Source: Candidatus Nomurabacteria bacterium (GTDB lineage: Bacteria; Patescibacteriota; Saccharimonadia; Saccharimonadales; VXPC01). Taken from it: 64,000 bases of DNA. Numbering within the stretch: the stretch's first letter is position 1; the number at the start of each line of letters is the position of its first letter. Below, one piece after another: positions 19,702 to 29,070 of this stretch. The position numbers and the translations under genes were made by a program. The notes beneath the pieces were generated by a model. It saw only the letters and a program-made list of their open reading frames with translations, was not told where the DNA came from and did not search any database. The DNA is taken from contig JACKGQ010000001.1 in the NCBI GenBank assembly GCA_020631905.1, positions 37,854 to 101,853 on the forward strand. The letters are read 5' to 3'.

Positions 19702-20282
19702 TATCGCTTACTTCCGCTTAATGCCAATTTGATTCTCTGCTCTACACTAAGTTGGCTATCCATACCCTTTAGTGCAGCCGAAGCTTCACTGCTAGAAAAC
19801 CCGAGCGCGACTAAGGCCTGCGTGGCTTCATCTTGGGCAATGTTTGGCTCGCCCAAAAAGTCTGTTGCCGACTCACCACTGGATACCCCAAGCTTACCTT
19901 TTAGATCAACAACAATTCGCTCAGCGAGTCTTTTGCCAACACCGCTGGCTGCTTGCATATAATTAACTTCACCACTAGTTATCGCCTGCACAAGCCGTGT
20001 TGCATTACCGAGATTTAGTAGGCTGATAGCCATTTTCGGGCCAACCCCATTCACGCTCAATAACTTTTCAAATAAATGTTTGCTAGATTGCTCTAAGAAA
20101 CCGTATAGATCATGAGCGTCTTCTTTGATGTGCTCGTAAATAACTAGTTGCGATTCTTTGCCTAGACTTAACTGACTTTCGGTCTCAAGACTAACTTGCA
20201 CGCCATAGCCTAAGCCGTGAACATCTATCACAACTTGTGACCCAGCCTTGTCTGTTACAACCCCACGCAAATATGCAATCAT
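19701..20282 (-). CDS. ruvA: Holliday junction DNA-binding protein RuvA
   Basis: MIAYLRGVV start, HhH motifs ([24 protein letters not shown]). Overlaps the ruvB start. Confidence 0.93.
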   Translation of the reverse strand: MIAYLRGVVTDKAGSQVVIDVHGLGYGVQVSLETESQLSLGKESQLVIYEHIKEDAHDLYGFLEQSSKHLFEKLLSVNGVGPKMAISLLNLGNATRLVQAITSGEVNYMQAASGVGKRLAERIVVDLKGKLGVSSGESATDFLGEPNIAQDEATQALVALGFSSSEASAALKGMDSQLSVEQRIKLALSGSKR

Positions 20283-20317
20283 GGTTTAATTGTACCGCAT
20301 TCAGCTATAATGACCTC

Positions 20318-20527
20318 ATGACATCTGAAGTAGAAAAATCATCAAAAAAGATATACCCCGAACCGCAGCGCGGACCACTCGCTAAACCTAAACAGAGCTA
20401 CTTAACAAGCTCATTACCGACCGGAAAAGAATATAATCTAAGATTATCGAGACTCTTAAGTATTGCTGTCGCTATCGTTGTAGTGGTCTTATTAATATTT
20501 ATGTACTATGGGCTAGTGTCTCTGTAG
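20318..20527 (+). CDS. small membrane protein (69 aa), tentative
   Basis: ATG at 20318. C-terminal TM helix IAVAIVVVVLLIFMYYGLV. Overlaps the ruvC 3' end. Confidence 0.3.
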   Translation: MTSEVEKSSKKIYPEPQRGPLAKPKQSYLTSSLPTGKEYNLRLSRLLSIAVAIVVVVLLIFMYYGLVSL

Positions 20528-20994
20528 TTACTGCTCATTGCATGGGTCAGAGCAGCACCTAGCGCATCGGCGCAGTCGTCTGGCGTAGGACGTTTACTGA
20601 GATTAAGTAAGACTCTAACCATTTCTTGTACTTGAGCTTTATCGGCTTTGCCGTAACCTACTAACGAGCTTTTGATCTGTAGGGGTGTGTACTCGACTAT
20701 CGGTACACCTGCTTGTTCTAATACAAGCAAGATTACTCCTCTGGCTTGGCTAACACTCATGGCCGTGGTTACATTCTGAGAGAAGAACAGTTTTTCGACA
20801 CTAGCCACATCTGGATTAAATTCCGAGACTAGCCCACTTAACTCATCATAAATCTCTTTAAGCCTACGCTCATGGACATCTTTAACCTTGGTTTTGATTA
20901 CTCCTGCGTCGAGCATCTTGTGACTAAAGCCATCACTTTCGATCAACCCGAAACCAACTATACCTATTCCTGGATCTATTCCTAATATCTTCAT
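20506..20994 (-). CDS. ruvC: Holliday junction resolvase RuvC
   Basis: MKILGIDPGIGIVGFG and the EKLFFSQN motif (RNase H-fold resolvase). Confidence 0.93.
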   Translation of the reverse strand: MKILGIDPGIGIVGFGLIESDGFSHKMLDAGVIKTKVKDVHERRLKEIYDELSGLVSEFNPDVASVEKLFFSQNVTTAMSVSQARGVILLVLEQAGVPIVEYTPLQIKSSLVGYGKADKAQVQEMVRVLLNLSKRPTPDDCADALGAALTHAMSSNYRDTSP

Positions 20995-21004
20995 ATTCTA
21001 CTTG

Positions 21005-21475
21005 CTATAACTTTATAATCCCCGCCAAGAAAAGTAAAAGAAAGGCAATAATAGGCATAATTATCAATATACTGAACTTACGTAAACGCTGCCAAAAGTT
21101 AAGTCCAACGACAATTATTCCACCGGTGAGCAGACTCATTACTCCCCAACTTTTAAGAAACCGCACGAACTTAAAATGATAATCATAGTCTTGAACTAAG
21201 ATACTGCATTCATCTCCAATCACGTCATATGGATATGCCAAAGAACATCTCTTGAGGCTTACAATATCGGTTTCTTGACTGTAAAAGTCGAAAGGATAAC
21301 CTCTGGTAGTTAACTTTTTCTCGATCGCATAACTGCTCAAGCCTGAAATAAAGACCCCTGTTCCTCGGCTTCCGGTATTAAGTATGGTTAAAGCTGTGAA
21401 CAGCAAACCCAAGCAAACCATGATTATTGCCAAGTAGAGCAACAACCAATTAAGGCCGACTATTCTCTTCATCAA
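21005..21475 (-). CDS. hypothetical membrane protein (156 aa)
   Basis: Three or four hydrophobic helices. Start overlaps the yebC stop. Confidence 0.5.
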   Translation of the reverse strand: MMKRIVGLNWLLLYLAIIMVCLGLLFTALTILNTGSRGTGVFISGLSSYAIEKKLTTRGYPFDFYSQETDIVSLKRCSLAYPYDVIGDECSILVQDYDYHFKFVRFLKSWGVMSLLTGGIIVVGLNFWQRLRKFSILIIMPIIAFLLLFLAGIIKL

Positions 21476-22182
21476 ACTGGGTAGAAATTAGTGTGGACAC
21501 TCACAACATCTTCAAGATCATCTACAGCATCAAGTAGTTTCTGAATCTTATCAGCTTGAGCTTGGTCTGAAATTTGGACAACGGCGTTTGGTTCATAGAC
21601 TAATTCAGCTGAGGCTACTTTTAGGCCCGCGTTAATGATCGACTGACGAACTGCATGTAGATCTTTAGGGTCTGTATATACATAAAGCTCACCATCTTCT
21701 TCATTCACGTCTATCGCACCTGCCTCTAGAGCAGTCAAGGTTGCATCATCTCCACTCGCTTCAACTACGATTAAACCTTTCCTCTCGAACTGAAACGCCA
21801 CACTACCCGGGTCGGCAATCGAACCACCATTCTTGTTAAACGCATTTTTAACTTCTGGGAAAGTTCGATTGCGATTATCTGTGGCACACTCGACCAACAC
21901 AGCCACACCACCTTGAGCGTAGCCTTCGTAAAGCACTTCCTCCAAGGCCGCAGCCGATTTGTCTTCTGCTCGCTTGATTGCTTTTTCGATATTTATTAGG
22001 GGCATGTTGGCAGCCTTGGCTGTCTCGATTACCGTGGCGAGTGCCGGGTTAGTCAGTGGATCGGTGCCACTCCTGGCTGCTACGGCAATCTGATTACCTA
22101 TCTTAGTAAATACGGCGCCTTTCTTGGCATCGTTGCCAGCTTTGTCGCGCTTAATCTTGGCCCATTTACTATGTCCTGCCAT
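21472..22182 (-). CDS. yebC: YebC/PmpR family DNA-binding regulator
   Basis: MAGHSKWAKIKRDKAGNDAKKGAVFTK canonical N-terminus. Confidence 0.93.
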   Translation of the reverse strand: MAGHSKWAKIKRDKAGNDAKKGAVFTKIGNQIAVAARSGTDPLTNPALATVIETAKAANMPLINIEKAIKRAEDKSAAALEEVLYEGYAQGGVAVLVECATDNRNRTFPEVKNAFNKNGGSIADPGSVAFQFERKGLIVVEASGDDATLTALEAGAIDVNEEDGELYVYTDPKDLHAVRQSIINAGLKVASAELVYEPNAVVQISDQAQADKIQKLLDAVDDLEDVVSVHTNFYPV

Positions 22183-22204
22183 ATATTTGCTCCTTTTCTA
22201 GAAA

Positions 22205-23638
22205 CTATTCTAGCAGATCATATGGTTTTATCAGAGATGTCTTCTGATGTAGCACCCAGGTAGCCACAATGATGATTAGGTATATGGTTAGTAGCTGAGC
22301 CGTATTAATTGATACAATCAACTCCGAATATGGTATTGACGCTAGCCAGGCAGAGATTGACAAAATGTAACTAAGTAACAAACCAGTTATTGCAGTGATT
22401 AACTTGGTGAGCAAAAACTTTGAGCTTATGAATATCATTATGCCAGCCCCAAAAGATAAGACCATAATTATTGGGATTAACGGCACAACTAGTATATTCG
22501 CGAGCAAAGAAACCAAGCTTACGCGCGTAAATACCCACATAATTAGCGGCATTGTCATCAGTGATGCAGCTAAGCTTTCGATCGCCACCTGAATCAAGAA
22601 GTTAGGTTTTTTATTTTTGAAAATTCGTGTCTGCAGCTGAGGGCCAATCATTAAGACTCCAAAGAAAGCTGCAAAACTAAGCCACCAGCCTATGTCGTAC
22701 CAAATAAAGTCTGGGTTAAACCATACACTTCCTGCAGCAGATAACATTAGCAATACAATTGGCCTTATTGTTCGGCCCACATACCAAGCTGCTAGGCTTA
22801 AACCAATTACCCATGCCGCTCGAACTATCGAAGCACTGGCACCAGCTATCATGATAAACAACGTTATTAACGTTACAGAAATAACCATAGCTTGAAACTT
22901 TGATAATCTACCCAGCCGGCGTCTAACAAGTCTAACAAGGACGCTTAAATTGTAGCCAGAAACCGCGATGATGTGAGTTAAACCAGCAGCCCTTAGATTG
23001 TTCTGGTTCTGGTCGGTTATTGAACTCCTTTGCCCTACCAAAATACCTAATGCCAAACTTGCATCTTGATCTGACAGTTGGCTAAATAAGTTGGCAGAAA
23101 AGCTGCGCCTAAACTCTTCGAGCTTACTGCCACTTCTCGCCAATACTTCGATGCTTGTGAAAGACATGCTGGCAATTCTTGTCCCAAAACCACTATTCAA
23201 TTTGCCGGTTGCCCGTATTATGTCGTGCCTAAGAACTAAAGGGGCGCCAAAACCCCTTATTCTTATTTTCCCCTTTGGCTTGATAGTATTATCTTTGATA
23301 TATATGGTTACTTGATCTATTTCAATTTCAGTTTGGCGACGATCGTCATATATTGAATCCGTAATTACCCTGCCTTCTACCACAACTTTCTGGCCAATAA
23401 GCCTGTCGGCTGCCCGATGCGAGCTAAGCCAAGCTTGCGACCTGAACACTCCTAGAGTAAAAGTGCATAATAATAAGCCGATAACAGATATAAATTTACG
23501 AAACCTAATGACTGGCAGTAAAATTAGCGAGACGACATAAAACCATACAGATATTCGATCTATATACTGGGCAGACCATAGCCCGAGCAATATGCCTCCA
23601 GAGCCAAGCCAAACCATGGTACTGGTACGTATCTTCAT
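22205..23638 (-). CDS. comEC: DNA internalisation channel ComEC/Rec2 (competence domain only, no beta-lactamase domain)
   Basis: Polytopic membrane protein. DUF4131-like OB region, then LRAAGLTHIIAVSGYNLSVL, the competence-domain signature. Confidence 0.85.
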   Translation of the reverse strand: MKIRTSTMVWLGSGGILLGLWSAQYIDRISVWFYVVSLILLPVIRFRKFISVIGLLLCTFTLGVFRSQAWLSSHRAADRLIGQKVVVEGRVITDSIYDDRRQTEIEIDQVTIYIKDNTIKPKGKIRIRGFGAPLVLRHDIIRATGKLNSGFGTRIASMSFTSIEVLARSGSKLEEFRRSFSANLFSQLSDQDASLALGILVGQRSSITDQNQNNLRAAGLTHIIAVSGYNLSVLVRLVRRRLGRLSKFQAMVISVTLITLFIMIAGASASIVRAAWVIGLSLAAWYVGRTIRPIVLLMLSAAGSVWFNPDFIWYDIGWWLSFAAFFGVLMIGPQLQTRIFKNKKPNFLIQVAIESLAASLMTMPLIMWVFTRVSLVSLLANILVVPLIPIIMVLSFGAGIMIFISSKFLLTKLITAITGLLLSYILSISAWLASIPYSELIVSINTAQLLTIYLIIIVATWVLHQKTSLIKPYDLLE

Positions 23639-23727
23639 CTGAATTCTAGCTTAGCATACACCTTGACAATGTTGTCAAAATAACAGATAATCGACCAGTC
23701 CAAAAACGTATGATATTTTACGTTTGC

Positions 23728-23760
23728 GGGCTATTAGCTCAGTTGGGCAACCTTGAGCTA
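23728..23760 (+). repeat. tRNA-Lys 5'-end fragment (18/19 nt identical to 23845..23863) folded into a 7-bp hairpin
   Basis: gggctattagctcagttgg versus gggccattagctcagttgg. The fragment continues as TAGCTCA-N12-TGAGCTA rather than a tRNA D-arm. Confidence 0.6.
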
Positions 23761-23844
23761 AATATTAAAGTATAATGCTCTAACCAACATCAAAACGAAG
23801 TTGGTTGAAACATTAAACTTTAAAACAAAGATTAACCCGATTTC

Positions 23845-23921
23845 GGGCCATTAGCTCAGTTGGTTAGAGCACAGGCCTTTTAAGCCTGGTGTCCTGGGTT
23901 CGAGCCCCAGATGGCCCTCCA
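23845..23921 (+). tRNA. tRNA-Lys (anticodon UUU), CCA encoded
   Basis: Cloverleaf by eye: acceptor GGGCCAT/ATGGCCC, D-arm AGCTCAGTTGGTTAGAGC, anticodon loop CTTTTAA, T-arm CTGGGTTCGAGCCCCAG, then TCCA. Confidence 0.93.
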
Positions 23922-23979
23922 GTACCGCTTATGCTTAAAACAGAGGTAAATGCCTCTGTTTTTTTGATACACTATTCCT

Positions 23980-24735
23980 ATGAGTAAATATAAAGTAATT
24001 ATCTTTGACCTTGACGGAACAGCTATTCCTAATAAGCCTAATGGCATGCCTTCTGAAAGACTGATCAAGGCAGTAGCGGCAGCAAAATCAAAAATAAAAC
24101 TTTGTGCGGCAACTGGTAGACCTATCACTAATGCCAAACCAATTCTAGATGCCCTGCAGCTTGACGAGCCTTGTGTTATCTCAGCAGGAACGCAAATAGT
24201 ATTGCCGCAAACAGGTAAAATCGTCTGGGAAGCAGCAATCGAAGCCAATGACATTAACAAAATATTAGAAATATGCGGTCCATATCACTATGAGTTGTTA
24301 ATTAAGAATGAACTGATGGGTGAAGGTGATAAGGCATCAAACCGAATCATTGATGAGCATGTTAATGTCATGTATTTGATGGGCTGTGCAGAACCAGACG
24401 CAACTGAGATTCTAAATAGACTTAGCCGAATACCTTCTATAACAGCTGCTGGAGTAAAATCCTGGACACATGAGGGGGTTGACATTCATATTACACATGT
24501 AAATGCGACTAAGGAACATGCAATTATAGAACTTTTAAATAATCTGGGGATAGACAAAGCCGACTCTGTTGGAGTTGGTGATGCGAATAACGATGTTCAT
24601 TTGTTTGAGTCCGTAGGGTATAAGGTTGCTATGGGTAATGCAACCGAGCTACTAAAATTAAAGGCTGATGTAATTTGTGAGGACGTAGACGACGACGGAC
24701 TAGCTAAGTTAATTGAGCATCTTGCTGAAAAATAA
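23980..24735 (+). CDS. Cof-type HAD-IIB phosphatase
   Basis: Motif I IIFDLDGT, motif IV GDANNDVHLFE, cap region of Cof-like size. Confidence 0.85.
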   Translation: MSKYKVIIFDLDGTAIPNKPNGMPSERLIKAVAAAKSKIKLCAATGRPITNAKPILDALQLDEPCVISAGTQIVLPQTGKIVWEAAIEANDINKILEICGPYHYELLIKNELMGEGDKASNRIIDEHVNVMYLMGCAEPDATEILNRLSRIPSITAAGVKSWTHEGVDIHITHVNATKEHAIIELLNNLGIDKADSVGVGDANNDVHLFESVGYKVAMGNATELLKLKADVICEDVDDDGLAKLIEHLAEK

Positions 24736-24846
24736 TTGCAGTAAGAAGTACGGTGGCCCTCAAATTTAATTATGCTTAAACTCCTAAATTTAGTGGAGTT
24801 TTTCGTTTTACTTGAATATAGAATTATAAATTCTAGACTTTTAAAT

Positions 24847-25257
24847 ATGAGAAAAAGTATTACACAAGAATTTGATTACGGCTGTGGCATAGCTTGTTAC
24901 GCCTTTGCGTTAAATATTAGCTACAAAGAAGCAGAAAGAATACTCGGTCCAGAGCAGTCAGCGAGTACTAGGTTCTGGGTAAAGGATCTGACTCAAAAAC
25001 TAAATCAGGCTGGACTGAAATATAGTTCTCGACACCTAAATCAAACATTAAAGAAGCAGATATATAATGACGGTACAATAGTTTTAATCCGCAGGTCTAA
25101 GAAATATATTGCTGGGCATTACCTAATTAGGCACGAGGGTGTATGGATGGACCCTTGGATTAACATGCCAAACGATAATAACATTGGAAATGCTAAATCA
25201 GGATTCAGGAAGAGGCTACCTGGAAGTCCAATGTATGCTCTTTTTCCTGAAAAATAG
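24847..25257 (+). CDS. papain-like cysteine peptidase (C39-like fold), tentative
   Basis: Start moved to MRKSITQEF. DYGCGIACYAFAL (candidate nucleophile Cys) and IAGHYLIRHEG (candidate His). Confidence 0.45.
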   Translation: MRKSITQEFDYGCGIACYAFALNISYKEAERILGPEQSASTRFWVKDLTQKLNQAGLKYSSRHLNQTLKKQIYNDGTIVLIRRSKKYIAGHYLIRHEGVWMDPWINMPNDNNIGNAKSGFRKRLPGSPMYALFPEK

Positions 25258-25276
25258 TTTCAACGGAGATATATAT

Positions 25277-25330
25277 AGCCCTCCAAGTAAAAATCACCAC
25301 CCTTATCGGGTGGTTTTTACTTGGAGGGCT
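25277..25330. terminator. long imperfect hairpin (about 22 bp stem)
   Basis: AGCCCTCCAAGTAAAAATCACCACCC-ttatc-GGGTGGTTTTTACTTGGAGGGCT. The core is related to the hairpin at 58078..58115. Confidence 0.45.
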
Positions 25331-25371
25331 ATCGGGGCTCGAAGAATAATCTGTAAGCCTTCAGGCCATAT

Positions 25372-25400
25372 TTGTAAAATACTGCTTGTCATTGTATAAT
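25372..25400 (+). promoter_or_regulatory. sigma70-like promoter (TTGTAA-17-TATAAT), 7 nt from ATG (leaderless configuration)
   Basis: TTGTAA at 25372..25377, TATAAT at 25395..25400, ATG at 25408. No Shine-Dalgarno. Confidence 0.45.
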
Positions 25401-25407
25401 TACGTAT

Positions 25408-26109
25408 ATGTCAACAATCAAACAGCGTGCCAAGCATCTACTTGGCACTAATTTCTTCGAAGAACCGAATTCTGCAGAATATGTCGCCCCCATGGTTTTG
25501 AGCCCACCTGTCGAAGATCAGTACGTTCTTCGCTGTCCATTAGTTGTTCTGGGTCAGCCATATAGTCTCCCGAATGAAATGAATTGGTGTGCAGACTTTA
25601 TCCAGGCATGCATGAACTACCAACTAAAGGTCATTGGGGTAAATCAACCATATATGTACTTAACGATACGCCACGGTAAGGTTATCTCAGAAACTGACGA
25701 CGAATGGCATGTAGATGGTTTTTCTATGAAAGTGCCTCACATTCCAGAGCAAAATTATATCTGGACTAGCGCTAACCCAACCGAAATTACGTCCTTTGGC
25801 TTACATATACCTGACGATTTTGATCCATTACACCACAACCTACAGCTGCTAATACAAGATAGCCTGCCGACTAATGCCAAAATCGCCACTCTAGAGCCAC
25901 AAACCATTTACGCTATGGATCCTTATGTCTTTCATCGTAGGCCAACTGTTGAGACTGGACAAACGCGTACTTTCTTGAGATTAAGCTTTACACCAATACC
26001 GATTGATGACGTCAACAATCATACAAACCCTGCTTTCGGCAAGATCACTACCTCATACGACGGAGTAAAAGACTTCAGAGATAAATTATCTCGATATGTG
26101 GCTAAATAG
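25408..26109 (+). CDS. hypothetical protein, possible 2OG-Fe(II)/DSBH-fold oxygenase
   Basis: Candidate facial triad WHVDGF (HxD) ... YVFHRRP, plus RTFLRLSF (Arg-x-Ser). Read by eye only. Confidence 0.4.
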   Translation: MSTIKQRAKHLLGTNFFEEPNSAEYVAPMVLSPPVEDQYVLRCPLVVLGQPYSLPNEMNWCADFIQACMNYQLKVIGVNQPYMYLTIRHGKVISETDDEWHVDGFSMKVPHIPEQNYIWTSANPTEITSFGLHIPDDFDPLHHNLQLLIQDSLPTNAKIATLEPQTIYAMDPYVFHRRPTVETGQTRTFLRLSFTPIPIDDVNNHTNPAFGKITTSYDGVKDFRDKLSRYVAK

Positions 26110-26169
26110 GTAGCGCCATCATACCCCGCAACTCAGTAGTCCTGAGGCAGAGACTGGCTGCAGATGATC

Positions 26170-27840
26170 TTAGAATTTCTCGCGCAAGTGAGCCATACTG
26201 TACTGCCAATTGGAGTCTGTCTTTTTGTGTGGATTAAAAATATTTTGAGGATCAAATATTTCTTTTACTTGCTTGAAATATCCAAACACTTCGGAGCCAT
26301 ACATTGTTTCGAGCCATGGTCCACGAATCATACCATCGTTATGCTCTCCCGAAAGTGAGCCTTTGTACTTGAGGACAATGGCATTAATTTCTTTCATGGC
26401 TGGTTCAAGCTTGGCCTTTTCCTCGGCCTTTTCAATATTCATGAGCGGAATAATATGAAAGTTACCATCACCCATGTGACCGGCTATTGTAGCTAACAAC
26501 TTATATTTCTTAATGACTTCACGAACTTCGGGCAAGAACTGTGGCAAGATTTGCGGTGGTACTATGAGGTCGTCCATGAACGGCGCAGTGTGCTTATCTT
26601 TAACTTTGTCGCGCAATAACTTAAAGCTTGCCCGACGCATAATCCAGAACTTCTCACTCTTATCTTCGGTCTCGTCTTCTTCAAAAAGCGCCTCATGACC
26701 AAATTCGGACATATCTTTGTGCATCTCGTGCACCTTACGACGGACTTCTTCGACAGAATCGGCTTGGAATTCTATCAACAAAACCATCTTTGGTATGCCC
26801 CGGAAAAGCTTTAGTGCGTCTGGTATAAGCTGAAACGCCAGCTTGATAGTCCGTGGCCAACCAATTAACTTATGGAAGCTAAAGAACAACTTAAAGCTCA
26901 ACATTAGAGTATAGTTATCAAAACCTTCGAAAGTGGCTGGCTTATGGGTTAACACCTTATTAATCACTTCAGCTAGATCGTCTGTCTTTCTTAAGAATAC
27001 AACCAGCGTGCCTGAGTGCTTTGGCGCAGGCACAAGCTTAAAGGTAACGTCAGTAACTATGCCAAGCGTACCCTGCGACCCGACAATCAAACGAGTGATG
27101 TCAAAAATACCTGTCTCGCGGTCCCAGACGTTCCACAAATGATATCCGGTCGAATCTTTACTAACACCAGGTTTAGCAGCTTTTATAGCATCGTAATGCT
27201 TATCGACAAGTTCAAAAATTTGGCGGTATAAGTTGCCTTCGAAATCTTGCTGGGCCATTTTTTTATCGAGTTCTGGTTTAGTCAAGGCTCTAACTTCGTA
27301 TTCTTTACCATCTGCCAACACTACTTTTAGCGACTCAATAAACTCTTCTGTCTTACCAAACTGTAGTGAACGTTCACCACCAGCATTATTGGCAACCATT
27401 CCACCAATCGTGCATAGATCCCGCGATGCTGGATAGCTAGGCATAACCGAGCCTTGTTCGAGCGTAGCTTTTTCAAAATCACGATAATAAACTCCAGGCT
27501 GAGCATTGGCAGTTTCTGATGTGACTTGACCTATTTGGGTAAAATACTTCGCAAAATCTAAAACCACCGAGTCGTTTATTGCACCGCCGGACATGCAGGT
27601 GCCAGCGCTCCTGACCGTCAACGACAGACCTGGGTTATCTAGCTTATTTCCTGCAACATATTCAACAATCTTTTGGACATCTTGGCTGTGTTTAGGAGCT
27701 ACAATTAGTTCTGGTACCAGTTCAAACATACTGGCGTCGTGACTAAATTTTTCTTTAAGTTCCGCCGAATCATCGACGTCGCCCTCGATAATCGAGGCTA
27801 AGGTTTGTTTCAAATCGCTCATTACCACTAGCATACTCAT
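26170..27840 (-). CDS. FAD-linked oxidase (GlcD / D-lactate dehydrogenase family)
   Basis: FAD_binding_4-type N-terminal domain (RSAGTCMSGGAIN, CTIGGMVANNAGG). C-terminal FAD-oxidase_C pattern (GSLSGEHNDG, DPQNIFNP). Confidence 0.85.
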   Translation of the reverse strand: MSMLVVMSDLKQTLASIIEGDVDDSAELKEKFSHDASMFELVPELIVAPKHSQDVQKIVEYVAGNKLDNPGLSLTVRSAGTCMSGGAINDSVVLDFAKYFTQIGQVTSETANAQPGVYYRDFEKATLEQGSVMPSYPASRDLCTIGGMVANNAGGERSLQFGKTEEFIESLKVVLADGKEYEVRALTKPELDKKMAQQDFEGNLYRQIFELVDKHYDAIKAAKPGVSKDSTGYHLWNVWDRETGIFDITRLIVGSQGTLGIVTDVTFKLVPAPKHSGTLVVFLRKTDDLAEVINKVLTHKPATFEGFDNYTLMLSFKLFFSFHKLIGWPRTIKLAFQLIPDALKLFRGIPKMVLLIEFQADSVEEVRRKVHEMHKDMSEFGHEALFEEDETEDKSEKFWIMRRASFKLLRDKVKDKHTAPFMDDLIVPPQILPQFLPEVREVIKKYKLLATIAGHMGDGNFHIIPLMNIEKAEEKAKLEPAMKEINAIVLKYKGSLSGEHNDGMIRGPWLETMYGSEVFGYFKQVKEIFDPQNIFNPHKKTDSNWQYSMAHLREKF

Positions 27841-27888
27841 AAGTGCTAACTATTTCAATCCGCTTATGGCTTGTGTATATTTAATTAC

Positions 27889-29070
27889 ATGAAACATCTG
27901 GTTATAGCTGGGGGCGGGTTTGCTGGTGTTCGACTCGCGCGCAAGCTAAAAAAACAAACCGATTTACGGATCACATTAATCAACGACAGTGAGGACTTTA
28001 GGTACTCTCCAGCCCTCTACCGAGCTGCAACTGGCTTTAAGCTTGGAACAGCTCGTTTACCGCTTGAGTGGATGCTGCTAGATTCGAATAACCTAACCCT
28101 CGTTAAAGGTAAGGCGAGCAAGATTGATCATGCAAAAAAAATCATTAGCCTAGAAGATGGACAAAAATTTGTGTACGACTTTGTAGTCTGCGCTCTTGGC
28201 TCAACAACCACCCATTTTGGTATTGATGGAATCGCCGAGCACTCTTTTGGGGTTAAGAGTCCAGAAGAGATATTAGAACTCAAACAACACATGCATGATA
28301 CAGTTGCTAATAAATCTAATTCTCAACACAACTACGTAATTATCGGTGCAGGTCCTACTGGAGTAGAGGTTGCAGCAGCGCTCGGCAACTACCTTAATTC
28401 CGTATTGCTTAAACACAAGACTAAATATCCGCATGTACGTATTTACCTTATCGAGGCTGGTCCGCGTATCTTACCGCAAATGAGTGAACGCGCTTCCAAG
28501 AAAGTCGAGAAGTTTTTGTTTAAGCTTGGAGTCACAATCCTAAAAGATACTCGGGTTACTTCAGAGACTAACCTTTTACTGAAAACATCTGCCGGTGAAT
28601 TAAGAACCCAAAATGTCATCTGGACCGCTGGGACGCGCAATAATCCGTTTTTCGAGAATAATCCGAAACAATTTAAGCTCGATCAAAGAGGCCGAGTAGT
28701 GGTCAATGGGCATCTCGAGGCCCAAGATAAACTGTATGTCTGTGGCGATAACTGTAACTCAAGGTTTAGCGGCCTAGCAATCACAGCCATAGGTCATGGT
28801 AACTATATTGCCAAAGACCTAAAAGCTCGAATGAACCACCGAGCTAGACCAACCAATACCGACCGTCACCCTATTCAAGTTGTACCGATTGCTAACAGCG
28901 CAATTCTTCAGTACCGTCGCCTTGTATTAAGCGGCAGGCTAATCGCATTTATCCGTCACATTGCCGACCTAATTGGTTACAGCGATGTGCTCGGACCACT
29001 CAAAGCAATAACAATCTGGAGCAACATCGAAAAAACCGAAGAAGTCTGCCCCAGCTGCCAAGTTAACTAG
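27889..29070 (+). CDS. ndh: type II NADH dehydrogenase (NDH-2) family flavoprotein
   Basis: Two Rossmann motifs, VIAGGGFAG and IIGAGPTGVE. GD motif YVCGDN. Start moved to MKHLVIAG. Confidence 0.8.
   Translation: MKHLVIAGGGFAGVRLARKLKKQTDLRITLINDSEDFRYSPALYRAATGFKLGTARLPLEWMLLDSNNLTLVKGKASKIDHAKKIISLEDGQKFVYDFVVCALGSTTTHFGIDGIAEHSFGVKSPEEILELKQHMHDTVANKSNSQHNYVIIGAGPTGVEVAAALGNYLNSVLLKHKTKYPHVRIYLIEAGPRILPQMSERASKKVEKFLFKLGVTILKDTRVTSETNLLLKTSAGELRTQNVIWTAGTRNNPFFENNPKQFKLDQRGRVVVNGHLEAQDKLYVCGDNCNSRFSGLAITAIGHGNYIAKDLKARMNHRARPTNTDRHPIQVVPIANSAILQYRRLVLSGRLIAFIRHIADLIGYSDVLGPLKAITIWSNIEKTEEVCPSCQVN

Noticed and set aside
23880-24260. 126-aa minus-strand ORF overlapping tRNA-Lys and the HAD gene
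   Set aside because: It overlaps a confident tRNA and a HAD phosphatase with canonical motifs on the other strand. The translation has no recognisable features.
25139-25399. 86-aa plus-strand ORF across the 25.3-kb spacer
   Set aside because: It reads straight through the 54-nt hairpin and the promoter of the next gene in an alternative frame of the C39-like gene. It is most likely spurious.
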